Counted from the stretch's first letter, positions 35,097 through 45,357 are shown. The stretch is DNA of 60,718 bases from Phycisphaerae bacterium (GCA_035527275.1 DATLBA010000004.1:1-60718); one strand, 5' to 3'. Notes: generated by a model not told the origin, from the sequence alone. A program made the numbers and translations.

Positions 35097-36116
35097 TCAG
35101 AACGGGGGCTCGGCTTCCTGGTCCCCTGCTACGGCGCCGGCGCCCTGGTAATCGTCCGTGGGCACAGAGGTGAGGGCCTCGCGCGGGGAGGCGGGCGTAA
35201 AGCGCGTGTATTTCCACAGCCAGGTCAGCGGAATTCTTCCGACCGGGCCGTTTCGTTGTTTGGCGATGATGAGGTCGGCCTTTCCTTTCACCTTTTCGTA
35301 GGTTTCGGAGCCCTGCGGGTGGCGCATTTCCTCGCGGTGGAGAATCAGGACGACGTCGGCGTCCTCCTCAAGGGTGCCTGAGTCCCTGAGATCCGCGAGT
35401 CTCGGGCGCATAGATTCTTCGATGGGACGGCGCAATTGTGCAACAGCAATGATTGGGACGGCAAGTGACCTCGCAAGGGACTTCAGGCAGTGACTTATGC
35501 GGCTCATTTTGTAGTAAGGCGTCTCATCGCTTGCGGGCTCCAGCAGATGCACGTAATCAATGACTATAAGATTTGCTTGTCCGCTTTCTACCATGTGTCG
35601 GCATTTTTCGATCAACTGCTCCAGCGAGAGGGCGGGCGTGTCGTCGATGTAGAGAGGCGCCTCAAAGAGCTGCAACGCCGCCAGCTGAACCTTCTGGACC
35701 TCGGCGTTTGAGAGGGTCCCTTTGCGCAGCCGCTGGCCGTCCACGCTTGCGCGCGACGACAGGAGCCGCAGGGCGAGAGCCTCGCGGCTCATTTCGATGC
35801 TGAAGAAGGCGACGGGCTTTTTGAGGTCCACGGCGATGTGCTCGGCGATGTTCAGGACCAGCGCGCTTTTGCCGAAGCTCGGCCGGGACGCCAGGACGAT
35901 CATCTCGCCCGCCTGGAGCCCGCGCGTCATGTCGTCCAGTTCGTAGAACCCGGTTTCGAGCCCCGTGACCGCCCGTCCACCCTGCAAGTCGAGGTCCTGC
36001 AGGATATGACTACAGACAACCTTGATTGTGACAGCCTCTGCGGGTTGGTCGCCTAAGCGAGAAAACCAGTTCTTCTGTTGCTGGGAGTCCGCAGAGGAAA
36101 TGGATGATTCAGGCAT
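35097..36116 (-). CDS. DnaB helicase C-terminal-domain-only paralog (mosaic)
   Basis: SD AAGGGAG precedes ATG 36116. Walker A SRPSFGKS, FSIEMS, IVIDY, QLRR, LRDSGTLEEDAD, KQRNG. No DnaB N-terminal domain. Two blocks are near-identical to the neighbouring dnaB. Confidence 0.85.
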   Translation of the reverse strand: MPESSISSADSQQQKNWFSRLGDQPAEAVTIKVVCSHILQDLDLQGGRAVTGLETGFYELDDMTRGLQAGEMIVLASRPSFGKSALVLNIAEHIAVDLKKPVAFFSIEMSREALALRLLSSRASVDGQRLRKGTLSNAEVQKVQLAALQLFEAPLYIDDTPALSLEQLIEKCRHMVESGQANLIVIDYVHLLEPASDETPYYKMSRISHCLKSLARSLAVPIIAVAQLRRPIEESMRPRLADLRDSGTLEEDADVVLILHREEMRHPQGSETYEKVKGKADLIIAKQRNGPVGRIPLTWLWKYTRFTPASPREALTSVPTDDYQGAGAVAGDQEAEPPF

Positions 36117-36149
36117 TGTATTCTCCCTTGGCATCAATAACGAATTTCC

Positions 36150-37577
36150 TTAAAATGGAATCTCCTCCTTGTCGCCCTCCGCTTCGCCTGCCACGGCGCC
36201 GGCGCCCTGGTAATCGTCCGTGGGCGCCGGGGTGAGGGCCTCGCGCGGGGAGGCGGGCTTGAAGCGCGTGTATGACCACTGCCAAGTCAGCGGAATGGTT
36301 CCGACGGGGCCGTTTCGCTGTTTTTCGATGATGAGGTCGGCCTTGCCTTTTTCCTGCGTGTAATTATCGCTCTTCGGGTCCATGTACATGGACGCACGAT
36401 GAAGGAGCATGACGACGTCGGCGTCCTGCTCGATGGCACCGGATTCGCGGAGGTCGCTCAATCGCGGTCGGCTGCGTTCCTCGCTTTCGCGCCGGAGTTG
36501 GGAGACGGCCAGGACCGGCACGTTCAGTTCGCGCGCCAGCGACTTGAGGCCCCGGCTGATGCCGGCCACTTCGACCTGGCGGTTCTCTTCGCGCCGGCCG
36601 CTGGTCATCAGTTGAAGGTAATCGACGATGATGAGTTTGATGTCGTGGCGGGCCAGCAGCCGCCGCGCCTTCGCCCGGAGACCAATGATGCGCAGGCCCG
36701 GCGTGTCGTCGATGTAGAGCGGCGCCTGGTAGAGGACGTTCGCCGCCTGCTGAACCTTCTGGACCTCGGCGTTTGAGAGGATGCCTTTGCGCAGCCGCTG
36801 GCCATCCACTTGCGCGCGTGAGGACAGGAGCCTGAGGGCGAGGGCCTCGCGGCTCATTTCGATGCTGAAGAAGGCGACGGGCTTTTCGAGGTCCACGGCG
36901 ATGTGCTCGGCGATGTTCAGGACCAGCGCGCTTTTGCCGACGCTCGGCCGGGACGCCAGGACGATCATCTCGCCCGCCTGGAGCCCGCGCATCATGTCGT
37001 CCAGTTCGTAGAACCCGGTTTCGAGCCCCGTGACGGCGCGGCCGCCCTGAAGGTCCAGCGCCTTCATCACCTGGCTGAGGATGGCGCGCACGTCCACCGC
37101 CTGCCCCACAATCTGGCGCTCGGTGACCTCGAAGATTCGTTTCTCGCACCGGTCGAGCACGTCATCAACCGAGTCGCCGGAGGCGTGCGCGTCGCGGATG
37201 ATTTCGCCCGCCGCCTGAATCAGCCCCCGCAAAAGCGCCTTGTCCTTGACCACGCGGGCGTAGTATTCGGCGTTGGCGGCCGAGGCGACGCTGTTATAGA
37301 CGTCCACGATGTATTCCCGGCCTCCGATCTCCTCCAGTTTGCCGGCATCGCGGAGGGCCTGCTCCAGCAGCACGCCGTCAAGCGGCTTATTCTCCTCGAA
37401 ACTTTTCTTCAGGAACTGGAAGATCGTGCGATGTTCCTGCCGGAAGAAGCAATCCTCATCGACCAATTCAAGACACAGCCCGAGCGCCTCGGGATTCATC
37501 ATCATGGAGCCCAGCGCAGCCATTTCGGCCTCAAGGCTGTGAGGGGGGACCTTGTCGAGTAACGTGTCGTCCGGCAT
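36150..37577 (-). CDS. dnaB: Replicative DNA helicase
   Basis: PPHSLEAE, SRPSVGKS, IVDYLQL, LRESGAIEQDAD, KQRNGP. Follows rplI. Confidence 0.96.
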   Translation of the reverse strand: MPDDTLLDKVPPHSLEAEMAALGSMMMNPEALGLCLELVDEDCFFRQEHRTIFQFLKKSFEENKPLDGVLLEQALRDAGKLEEIGGREYIVDVYNSVASAANAEYYARVVKDKALLRGLIQAAGEIIRDAHASGDSVDDVLDRCEKRIFEVTERQIVGQAVDVRAILSQVMKALDLQGGRAVTGLETGFYELDDMMRGLQAGEMIVLASRPSVGKSALVLNIAEHIAVDLEKPVAFFSIEMSREALALRLLSSRAQVDGQRLRKGILSNAEVQKVQQAANVLYQAPLYIDDTPGLRIIGLRAKARRLLARHDIKLIIVDYLQLMTSGRREENRQVEVAGISRGLKSLARELNVPVLAVSQLRRESEERSRPRLSDLRESGAIEQDADVVMLLHRASMYMDPKSDNYTQEKGKADLIIEKQRNGPVGTIPLTWQWSYTRFKPASPREALTPAPTDDYQGAGAVAGEAEGDKEEIPF

Positions 37578-37637
37578 CGCACACCCGGTTGCCAATAGCC
37601 GACGCGAAGGTGCCTCGCGGTTCGGCCATGGAGACTG

Positions 37638-37666
37638 TCTATACCCGACCGGCGTCCGGCTTGCAA
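37638..37666 (-). promoter_or_regulatory. Putative sigma70 promoter of dnaB
   Basis: TTGCAA-N17-TATAGA on the minus strand. Confidence 0.45.
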
Positions 37667-37752
37667 GGGATTTGAGGGGCCCGCCGCGGCCGCGCGGCCA
37701 AAAAGGGGGAGGGACCTCGCGCCGCTGCGGCTTCCGATCCCTTTTCTTCGCC

Positions 37753-38196
37753 TTACACGGGCACGACCCAGACGTCTATTTCCGCCTCTACGCCGGGAGC
37801 CAGATGGATCGGGACGCGGAACTTGTCCAGCGTTCGAATCGGCGCCGCCAGCGCCACCTGCTCCGGCCGGATGTCATACCCTTCGGCCGCCAGCGCATCG
37901 ACGATGTGCTTTTCGGTGACCGAACCGAACAGGTGGCCCAATTCATTCGCCTTGGCCTTGATGGTCACGGACGCGCTGCTCAATCGCGCGGCCGTTTGCT
38001 TGAGGCTTCCCAGGTGCTCCTTCTCGCGCTGTTCGCGCTCGAGGCGTTCTTTTTCGATGCGCTTCAGATTCGCAAGATTCGGTTCGACGGCCAGTTGTTT
38101 CGGCAAAAGGTGATTTCTCGCATACCCGTCGGGCACCTCGACCGTGTCGCCGATCGACCCCAGGTCGCGCACGTCCTGTCGCAGCAAGACTTTCAT
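37753..38196 (-). CDS. rplI: 50S ribosomal protein L9
   Basis: MKVLLRQDVRDLGSIGDTVEVPDGYARNHLLP, LFGSV. Confidence 0.96.
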   Translation of the reverse strand: MKVLLRQDVRDLGSIGDTVEVPDGYARNHLLPKQLAVEPNLANLKRIEKERLEREQREKEHLGSLKQTAARLSSASVTIKAKANELGHLFGSVTEKHIVDALAAEGYDIRPEQVALAAPIRTLDKFRVPIHLAPGVEAEIDVWVVPV

Positions 38197-38240
38197 CGTC
38201 GCATCTCCCGTAGCGGGGGGCGCCGGCGCCCCCGTGCCCA

Positions 38241-38492
38241 TCAACTCGTGTACGGCAGCAGGCCCAGGAACCGGGCCCGCTTCAGCGCCCGCTTCGCGAC
38301 GCGCTGGTGGCGGGCGCAGTTGCCGCTCCGCTTGCGGCTCAGCATTTTGCCCCGCGTGGTGATTAGTTTCTGGAGCGTCTGCGTGTCCTTGTAATCGATG
38401 TGGGTGACCTTCTCACGGCAGAATCGGCACTTCGCCCGCTCGCGGAAACCCACGAACTTCCGCCGCTTTCCTTCTTTCCTTATCTGAGCCAC
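38241..38492 (-). CDS. rpsR: 30S ribosomal protein S18
   Basis: CRFC..IDYKD..GKMLSRKRSGNCARHQR..KRARFLGLLPY (Zn-binding form). Confidence 0.96.
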   Translation of the reverse strand: MAQIRKEGKRRKFVGFRERAKCRFCREKVTHIDYKDTQTLQKLITTRGKMLSRKRSGNCARHQRVAKRALKRARFLGLLPYTS

Positions 38493-38537
38493 TCCTACCT
38501 CCTTCGCCCCCGCCTGCCAGGATTTGGCGGGCAGGGC

Positions 38538-39011
38538 CTAGAACGGGATCGTGTCGTCCTCAACGTCCTCACTGTAATCGTAACCGCTTTCAGCGGTCTG
38601 GTCCTCGGCTCCGGCCGCTTCCTGTCGCTGAACGTCCTTGCCCGCCGTGGCGGGCGTGCTGCGCGGCCCGGTTTGGTCGCCGGCCCGGCCGAGAAACTGG
38701 AACCGCTCCACCGTCACCTCGAGTTTGCTGCGCTTCTTGCCGTCGGGCCCGTCCCACGTGCGGAAGGTCAGGCGACCCTCGACGAACAGGGGTCGGCCTT
38801 TGGTCATATATTTGGCAAGCGTCTCGGCGCTTCGCGCCCACGCCGTGCAATCGACGAAACAGACCTCTTCCCTTTTTTGGCCGTCCTGGCCGGCCCACTG
38901 CCGGTTGACGGCCATGCCGAAATCGCAAACGGCGACCTGGTTCGGCGTGTACCGCAGTTGCGGGTCGCGCGTCAGGTTTCCGATTAAAAGGACGCGATTA
39001 AAATTGGCCAT
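38538..39011 (-). CDS. ssb: Single-stranded DNA-binding protein
   Basis: NRVLLIGNLTRDPQLRYTP, KGRPLFVEGRL, acidic DDTIPF tail. Confidence 0.96.
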   Translation of the reverse strand: MANFNRVLLIGNLTRDPQLRYTPNQVAVCDFGMAVNRQWAGQDGQKREEVCFVDCTAWARSAETLAKYMTKGRPLFVEGRLTFRTWDGPDGKKRSKLEVTVERFQFLGRAGDQTGPRSTPATAGKDVQRQEAAGAEDQTAESGYDYSEDVEDDTIPF

Positions 39012-39086
39012 TTCAGTACTCCTTTGGCTGGGGCCGCTCCCGATTCATCGGGACTAGTCCGCCTCCATCCGCCTGCGGGCAGAAGC

Positions 39087-39566
39087 CTACGGCGGAGGCC
39101 CGTCGGCTTCGTCGGGCGCCGCGGCCTGGGGCTCGTCGGCTTCGTCGGGCGCCGCGGCCTGGGGCTCGTCGGCCGGTTTCTCATCGAGTGCGGCCGCCAG
39201 TTTTTGGGCGACCTCCTCGTGGACGTCCTCGCCCAACTGCATCCGCATATCCGCCACCGTGAAGTGGGAGGCTCGGAGGACGATCGCCCGCAGCACCTTC
39301 TCCGACAGTTGGCAGTCGCGCTCGATCTCCACCACGGCGCTGCCGTCCGTCAGGCAGAAGAAACTCAACACATACGTGCCGCGCTTCCGCTTTCCGATCG
39401 GGTAGGCCAGTTTTCGCTCGTCCCACCGGGTAATGCCGACCACCTCGGCGCCGTGGCGCGTCAGAATCCCCGTCAGATGTTTCGAGAGGTCGTCCCAGGC
39501 GGCGGCGTCGCCGGGGTCCACAAGAAACATCGCCTCATACACGCGAATCTCGCTCTCGTTCGCCAT
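39087..39566 (-). CDS. rpsF: 30S ribosomal protein S6
   Basis: YEAMFLVDP, WDERKLAYPI, G.Y, VLRAIVLR. rpsF-ssb-rpsR order. Confidence 0.93.
   Translation of the reverse strand: MANESEIRVYEAMFLVDPGDAAAWDDLSKHLTGILTRHGAEVVGITRWDERKLAYPIGKRKRGTYVLSFFCLTDGSAVVEIERDCQLSEKVLRAIVLRASHFTVADMRMQLGEDVHEEVAQKLAAALDEKPADEPQAAAPDEADEPQAAAPDEADGPPP
39101..39173. repeat. 33-bp tandem repeat (2.2 copies) in the rpsF tail
   Basis: CGTCGGCTTCGTCGGGCGCCGCGGCCTGGGGCT x2 + CGTCGGC; encodes ADEPQAAAPDE x2. Confidence 0.9.
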
Positions 39567-39593
39567 ACGTTTCCTGGTTGCCTCCAATGTCTG

Positions 39594-40193
39594 CTAGGCT
39601 TCGCTTGCCGGGTTGAACCGGTTCATGGCCGCTTCAAGACCCTCGGTTATCCAGCATTCCACCGCGTCGGCCGCTCGGGCCACCGCCTCGGCGACCGCCG
39701 GCCTCTCTTCCTGTGTGAACGGCGACAGCACGAACTCGGCGTGCTTGCCCGCCATGGCGGGCTGTTCGGCAGCCGGGGCCGGCCCGACGCCCACCCGAAG
39801 CCGCGAAAACGCTTCGTGGCCCAGGTGCTCGATCACCGAGGCCAGTCCGTTGTGCCCGCCGTCGGACCCGCTCCCGCGGATCCGAATCCGACCCAACTCC
39901 AGGTTCAGGTCGTCCACCAGGACCAGCAGGTCCTCGTTTTCGACCTTCCAGAAGTCCACCAGTTGCCGCACCGCCACGCCGGACCGGTTCATGTAGGTCA
40001 AGGGCCGGGCTAGAACGACCTTCCGCCGGTCCAGTCCCGACTTGTCGGGATCGGCCACCTCGGCGTCGAATTTCTGTTTCCAGGGTCCGGCGCCGACCCG
40101 GTCGGCCAGTTCGTCCGCGATGCGCCAGCCGATGTTGTGCCGCGTCTCGGCGTATCGGACCTCCGGATTACCCAATCCCACGATCAGTTTCAT
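39594..40193 (-). CDS. pth: Peptidyl-tRNA hydrolase
   Basis: LIVGLGNP, TRHNIG, PLTYMNRSG, VDDLNL, GSDGGHNGLAS. Confidence 0.96.
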   Translation of the reverse strand: MKLIVGLGNPEVRYAETRHNIGWRIADELADRVGAGPWKQKFDAEVADPDKSGLDRRKVVLARPLTYMNRSGVAVRQLVDFWKVENEDLLVLVDDLNLELGRIRIRGSGSDGGHNGLASVIEHLGHEAFSRLRVGVGPAPAAEQPAMAGKHAEFVLSPFTQEERPAVAEAVARAADAVECWITEGLEAAMNRFNPASEA

Positions 40194-40222
40194 CGGAGCA
40201 GGTCTGCCCGCGATTCAGGGGC

Positions 40223-40915
40223 CTACTGACCCCGCTTGCGGGCCGAAGCCTTCGGCGGAGGGCCCCGTTCCTCTTCGGGTTCCTCGGCCTCCTCCTTCTC
40301 CTTTCGCCCGACGAGTTCGGGCTCCTCGGCCTCGGCGGCCGGTGCCGCTTCCTCTTCCACGGCGGCCTCGGCTGCCGCCGCTGTCAGCGCTGCCACAATC
40401 GTCTCCGGGTCCGTCAGCACCTTGACGCCTTCCAGCGCATCGAGGTCCGAGACGTGCACCGTGTCGCCCATTTCCATGTCGGCCGTCTGGGCGATGATCT
40501 CCTCGGGGATGTCGCCCGGCAGGCACTCGACCTCGACGGCGCCGAGCGTTTGCTGGAGGACGGCGTGCTCCACCTTCGGTTTACCCTTCAGCGTAATCGG
40601 GACCTCGAGGGTCAGTTTCTCGTCCATCGCGACGCGCTGGAAGTCGGCGTGGACGATCTGGGTCCCCAGAGCGTCGTACTGGACCTCTTTGAGGAGCACC
40701 GGTTCTTTCTTGTGCCCGATGTTGAGTTCGAACATGCGGCCGTGATGGCGCAAGGCCCCTTCGAGTTCTTCGTAAGAGACCTGAACAGCCTCCGTTTTTT
40801 CCTTGTGGCCATAAAGGACCGCGGGCACTTCGCCTTCGGCTCTCAGGCGGCGGCAGGCCCGGGTTCCGTTCGCTTTCCGTTTCTTTGCGTGGAACGTTTT
40901 GCTGGCGGTCGGCAC
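40223..40915 (-). CDS. rplY: 50S ribosomal protein L25 (Ctc)
   Basis: RRLRAEGEVPAVLYG, VLLKEVQYD, HADFQRV, ECLPGDIPE. Confidence 0.93.
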   Translation of the reverse strand: MPTASKTFHAKKRKANGTRACRRLRAEGEVPAVLYGHKEKTEAVQVSYEELEGALRHHGRMFELNIGHKKEPVLLKEVQYDALGTQIVHADFQRVAMDEKLTLEVPITLKGKPKVEHAVLQQTLGAVEVECLPGDIPEEIIAQTADMEMGDTVHVSDLDALEGVKVLTDPETIVAALTAAAAEAAVEEEAAPAAEAEEPELVGRKEKEEAEEPEEERGPPPKASARKRGQ

Positions 40916-40931
40916 GTCCGGCTCCTTTCCG

Positions 40932-41900
40932 TCACGCCTTTTCGGCGCGTTCCGGTTTCACTGTGTCAAACAATTCGCTCACGGACCGGTGCTGGTGAAT
41001 GCGCTGAATGGCTTCGCCCAACAGTTCCGCGATGCTGAGCACGTGGATATTGTCGAGTTTCTTCGCCCGCTCGCAGAGCGGAATGGAGTCGGTCACCGCA
41101 ATGGCGCGGATCGGCGCCTTGGCGAGACGCTTGACCGACCCCTCGCAGAAAACCGGATGGGTCGCGGCCACGTAAATGTCGCGGGCGCCGTACTCTTTCA
41201 GAAGCACCGATGCTTCCGACACCGTCGAACCGCTCGCAATCATGTCGTCCACCATCAGGACGTTGCGTCCTTCGACCGACCCGATCAGCGCGGCCGCCCG
41301 CACCGACTGTCCCGACAGGCGCTCTTTGTCGACGATCGCGAGGTCTCCGCCGAGAATCTGCGCGTACACGCGGGCGATCTTCACGTTTCCCACGTCCGGC
41401 GACACCACCGTCAGGTCCGCGACCCCGAGGCTCCGGTAATGCCTGGCAAAGACGGGTTCGGCCAGCAGGTGGTCGAGCGGAATGTCGAAGAAACCCTGGA
41501 TCTGATAGGCGTGCAGGTCCACCGTCAGGATGCGGTCGGCCCCGGCCGCCTCGAGCATGTTTGCCACGAGTTTCGCGCTGATGGGCACGCGCCCCTCGTC
41601 CTTGCGATCCTGCCGCGCGTAGCCGTAGTAGGGAATCACCGCCGTCACGCGCTCGGCGCTGGCCCGGTGGGCCGCGTCGATCATCAAAAGCAGTTCCATC
41701 AGATTGTCGTTCTGCGGCGCGCAGGTCGGCTGGACGATGAAGATGTCCCGCCCGCGAATGTCCTCGTCAATCTTGACGAATGATTCGCCGTCCGGAAAAT
41801 GGGTGACGGGCGCCTTGCCGAGCGGCTTGCCGAGGTAGGCAGCGATGGCTTCCGCCAGCGGCCGGTTCGCGCTTCCCGAAAAGATCTTTAGTTCGTCCAT
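40932..41900 (-). CDS. prs: Ribose-phosphate pyrophosphokinase
   Basis: FPDGES, DIRGRD, PYYGYARQDRK, DLHAYQIQGFFD, SPDVG, VDDMIASGST. Confidence 0.97.
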   Translation of the reverse strand: MDELKIFSGSANRPLAEAIAAYLGKPLGKAPVTHFPDGESFVKIDEDIRGRDIFIVQPTCAPQNDNLMELLLMIDAAHRASAERVTAVIPYYGYARQDRKDEGRVPISAKLVANMLEAAGADRILTVDLHAYQIQGFFDIPLDHLLAEPVFARHYRSLGVADLTVVSPDVGNVKIARVYAQILGGDLAIVDKERLSGQSVRAAALIGSVEGRNVLMVDDMIASGSTVSEASVLLKEYGARDIYVAATHPVFCEGSVKRLAKAPIRAIAVTDSIPLCERAKKLDNIHVLSIAELLGEAIQRIHQHRSVSELFDTVKPERAEKA

Positions 41901-43180
41901 TACTCGGTCTCCCGCGGCTTGGGCTCATAGGGCCGGGCAGGCACGCCGACGTAGGTCGCGCCCGGCGGAACGGGATGGGCCCGCGTGACGACGCTGCCGG
42001 CCCCCGTCCGCCCACCGTCGCCTACCGACGTGGGGGCCACCAGGATCGTCCCGGCCCCGATGGAGGCGTCCGCGCCGATCTTGATCTTATATTTCTCCCC
42101 GCCGTCCGAGTGGGCTGTCAGCACCCCCGCCCCGATGTTCGTCCGCGCACCGACCTCGCAGTCGCCCAAGTACACATGGTGCCGCGCGCAAACGTCCGGT
42201 CCCAGATGAGCGTTCTTCGTCTCCACGTAGGCGCCGACCTCGACGCCCTCTTCGAGCACCGTTCCGGGCCGAAGGTGCGCCAACGGCCCGATGCGGCAGC
42301 GGGGGCCGATGCGCGTCGGCCCTTCAATCACCGTTCCTGCGCGGATGACCGTATCCGCGCCGATGGTCACGTCGTGATCGACGTGGATGCCGGCAGGGGC
42401 TTCGATCGTCACGCCCTCGTCCATCAGGTGCTTCAGGATGCGCCGGCGCATCAGGTCGGTCACCAGAGCCAGGTCCTCGCGGCTGTTGACGGCCTGGACC
42501 TCGTCGGGCATCGCGGCGGCGACGGCGGTGGCCTCGGCGCCGCCTTGAATCAGCAGTTCGATGGCGTCCGTCAGATAATATTCGCCCTTCGCGTTCTCGT
42601 TCGTGATGCGGTCCAGGGTCGCATCGAGCGCCGGCCACCGGAACGCGTAGAACGACGGGTTCACCTCCCGGATGGCCCGTTCCTCTTCGCCGGCGTCTCC
42701 GGCTTCGACGATACGCTCGACGTTCCCTTCGGCGTCGCGGACGATGCGGCCGAACCATTTCGGATCGTCCAGCATCGCCGTCACAAGCGTCACGTCGGCG
42801 CTTTCCCGGCGGTGAGTTTCAAGCAGAATGGTCAACGTTTCGGCCCGGAGCATCGGCGCGTCGCCGACCAGGACAACCAGGTCACCGTCGAAGCCCTCCA
42901 GAGACTCGCGCGCGACCATAACGGCGTGGGCCGTGCCTTGCTGCGGTTCCTGGACGACCCAAGTGATGTCCTCCGCGTCGGCGAAGGCTTCCATGACCTG
43001 GTCGCGCGCGTGGCCGACGACGACGAGAAGGTCACCGATCCCGGCCTCGCGGCAGGCGTCGAGGACATAGGCCAGCATCGGCTTGCCGCACACCTCGTGC
43101 AGCACCTTCGAGCGCGCCGACTTCATCCGCGTGCTCATCCCCGCGGCCAGAATCAGGGCTTTGGTCGGTCGTTGTGCCAT
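41900..43180 (-). CDS. glmU: Bifunctional UDP-GlcNAc pyrophosphorylase / acetyltransferase (shortened LbH domain)
   Basis: LAAGMSTRMKS..KVLH, QGTAHAV, GDAPML, EYYLTD, hexapeptide repeats (IGPLAHLRPG, NIGAG). Confidence 0.9.
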   Translation of the reverse strand: MAQRPTKALILAAGMSTRMKSARSKVLHEVCGKPMLAYVLDACREAGIGDLLVVVGHARDQVMEAFADAEDITWVVQEPQQGTAHAVMVARESLEGFDGDLVVLVGDAPMLRAETLTILLETHRRESADVTLVTAMLDDPKWFGRIVRDAEGNVERIVEAGDAGEEERAIREVNPSFYAFRWPALDATLDRITNENAKGEYYLTDAIELLIQGGAEATAVAAAMPDEVQAVNSREDLALVTDLMRRRILKHLMDEGVTIEAPAGIHVDHDVTIGADTVIRAGTVIEGPTRIGPRCRIGPLAHLRPGTVLEEGVEVGAYVETKNAHLGPDVCARHHVYLGDCEVGARTNIGAGVLTAHSDGGEKYKIKIGADASIGAGTILVAPTSVGDGGRTGAGSVVTRAHPVPPGATYVGVPARPYEPKPRETE

Positions 43181-43222
43181 TCGCGTTTGCGTCCGCGCCG
43201 AACAAGCTCGGCGGCTAACTGG

Positions 43223-43297
43223 TGGCTACCCGGCCAGGATTTGAACCTGGAATGGGAGGACCAAAACCTCCTGTGTTACCAATTACACCACCGGGTA
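43223..43297 (-). tRNA. tRNA-Gln (anticodon TTG)
   Basis: TACCCGGTGGTGTAATTGGTAACACAGGAGGTTTTGGTCCTCCCATTCCAGGTTCAAATCCTGGCCGGGTAGCCA. Usual position upstream of glmU-prs. Confidence 0.96.
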
Positions 43298-43310
43298 AGG
43301 TTAATTTCCT

Positions 43311-45002
43311 TTACCGCTCGCTTCGGCGCTCGCGGCTAGTGAGAATCGCTCCCGTGCTCGCGCTGGTGACCATGTGGGCGTAGCGGGCGAGGTAGCCCGT
43401 CTTAATCCTCGGCTCCGGCTTTTTCCATGCCGCACGCCGTTTCTTGAGTTCCGCCTCGTCCACCTCCAGTTCCAGGAGGCGTTTACTGAGGTCCACGTGA
43501 ATCTCGTCGCCGTCCTGGACGAGGGCAATCGGCCCGCCTTCGATTGCCTCGGGGCTGACGTGGCCGATACACGGCCCACGGGTGCCTCCGCTAAACCTCC
43601 CGTCGGTCGCCAGGTACACCGAATCCATCATACCGAGGCCCTTTAGCGCCGCCGTGGCGGTTAGCATCTCGCGCATGCCGGGCCCGCCGGCGGGGCCTTC
43701 GTAACGGATGACCACGAAGTCGCCCGCCTTGATTTTCTTATCGAGAATCGCCTTGTTGGCCGCCTCCTCGCTGTCGAAGACGCGAGCCTTTCCGGTGAAC
43801 TTTCGCATCGAATCCGGCACAGCCGATTGTTTAACGACCGCTCCGTCCGGACAAAGGTTGCCGCGAAGGACCGCGACGCCGCCCTCGGCGTGATACGCCC
43901 GGTCGAGCGGGCGAATCAGGTCGTCGCTGTGGACGGCGGCCGCGTCGGCGATTCTGTGCGTCGTCAGGCCGCTTACCGTCGGGCAGTCGTTCAGGCGGTC
44001 CTTGAGCCGCTTCAGCACCGCCGGGATGCCGCCAGCGTGGTCCAAATCCTCCATCATCATGTCGCCGTCGGGGCGGAAGTTCGTCAGGTGCGGCGTGCGG
44101 CGGCTGATCTCGTCGAAGGTTTCGAGTTCCAACTTCACCCCCGCCTCGTTCGCGATGGCCATCAGGTGGAGAACGGTGTTTGTCGAGCCGCCCAGAGCCA
44201 TGTCCACCGCGATGCCGTTCGCCATCGCTTCGGGGGTCAGGATTCTACGCGTCGTGACGCCTTCCTCGACCAGTTCGACGATTCGCTTGCCCGAAGCGTA
44301 GGCGATGCGGTCCTTCTTGGCCGAGTCGCAGAGCGCCGCGGCACAGTAGGACAGGCTCATGCCCATCGCCTCGGTGACGCACGCCATCGTGTTGGCCGTA
44401 AAGAGGCCCTGACACGATCCGCCGCCCGGACAGGCCTCACATTCCAGCGCCCGGAGGTCCTCCTCGGTGATTTCGCCCGCCTTGTAGCGACCGACGGCCT
44501 CGAACGTGTCGTGGACCAGGTCCAGGCGCTCCATCTTGTAGTTGCCCGAGTGCATCGGTCCGGCCGTGACGACGATGGCGGGAACGTCGAGCCTCGCGGC
44601 CGCCATCAGCATCCCGGGCGTAATCTTGTCGCAATTCGTCAGCAGCACAAGCCCGTCGAGCCGGTGGGCCCGGGTGATGGTTTCGACCATGTCGGCGATG
44701 AGTTCGCGGCTGGGGAGGCTGTAGTGCATCCCGGAGTGGCCCATGGCGATGCCGTCGCAGATGCCGGGCACGCTGAACAGCCACGCCACGCCGCCGCCGG
44801 CGAAGATGCCATGCTCGATTTTGCGCTCCAGACGCCGCATGTGCGCGTGGCCGGGAATCAGGTCCGTGAAACTCGAAACCAGGCCGATGAACGGTTTGTC
44901 CATGTCCTCCGGCGACACCGTGCCGGTCGCGTACATCAGCGCGCGGGCCGGCATACCGGTCAACGGTTCACTAAACCAGTCGGACACCAGTTGCTTCGCC
45001 AT
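43311..45002 (-). CDS. ilvD: Dihydroxy-acid dehydratase
   Basis: [80 protein letters not shown]. Start ATG 45002. Confidence 0.96.
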   Translation of the reverse strand: MAKQLVSDWFSEPLTGMPARALMYATGTVSPEDMDKPFIGLVSSFTDLIPGHAHMRRLERKIEHGIFAGGGVAWLFSVPGICDGIAMGHSGMHYSLPSRELIADMVETITRAHRLDGLVLLTNCDKITPGMLMAAARLDVPAIVVTAGPMHSGNYKMERLDLVHDTFEAVGRYKAGEITEEDLRALECEACPGGGSCQGLFTANTMACVTEAMGMSLSYCAAALCDSAKKDRIAYASGKRIVELVEEGVTTRRILTPEAMANGIAVDMALGGSTNTVLHLMAIANEAGVKLELETFDEISRRTPHLTNFRPDGDMMMEDLDHAGGIPAVLKRLKDRLNDCPTVSGLTTHRIADAAAVHSDDLIRPLDRAYHAEGGVAVLRGNLCPDGAVVKQSAVPDSMRKFTGKARVFDSEEAANKAILDKKIKAGDFVVIRYEGPAGGPGMREMLTATAALKGLGMMDSVYLATDGRFSGGTRGPCIGHVSPEAIEGGPIALVQDGDEIHVDLSKRLLELEVDEAELKKRRAAWKKPEPRIKTGYLARYAHMVTSASTGAILTSRERRSER

Positions 45003-45357
45003 GGCATGTGCCTTTGCCCTCGACCGCCGCGCCGCCGCTTTCACTCGCGGTTTTTGGATCGCGGCCACCCCGCACACGCTTTTTGTGCCGTCGGATAGGC
45101 GCGGCGTCGGTTTCGACATTGACGTTTCCGAGGCTTGGACTCAGCGGCCGCTTCGCCGGAGCCCCATCCCGCCGACCATCGGCGGGCTGGCTACCCCCTA
45201 GGAAACGCATCATCCTGGTCAGGCGGCGGGAGTGTAGCAGAGCAGGGCGGGGCTGTCAAGGGCGCGCTGAGAGGGCCGGCAGGCGGGGATCGCCCCTTTC
45301 TTCTTCAGAATCGCCTCAAACCCGCCAAAAAGTCAGTCAACTTGAGATTGCAGTATA

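Noticed and set aside
45003-45357. Leader-peptide attenuator upstream of ilvD
   Set aside because: No short ORF rich in Ile/Leu/Val codons with a terminator/antiterminator pair was seen.
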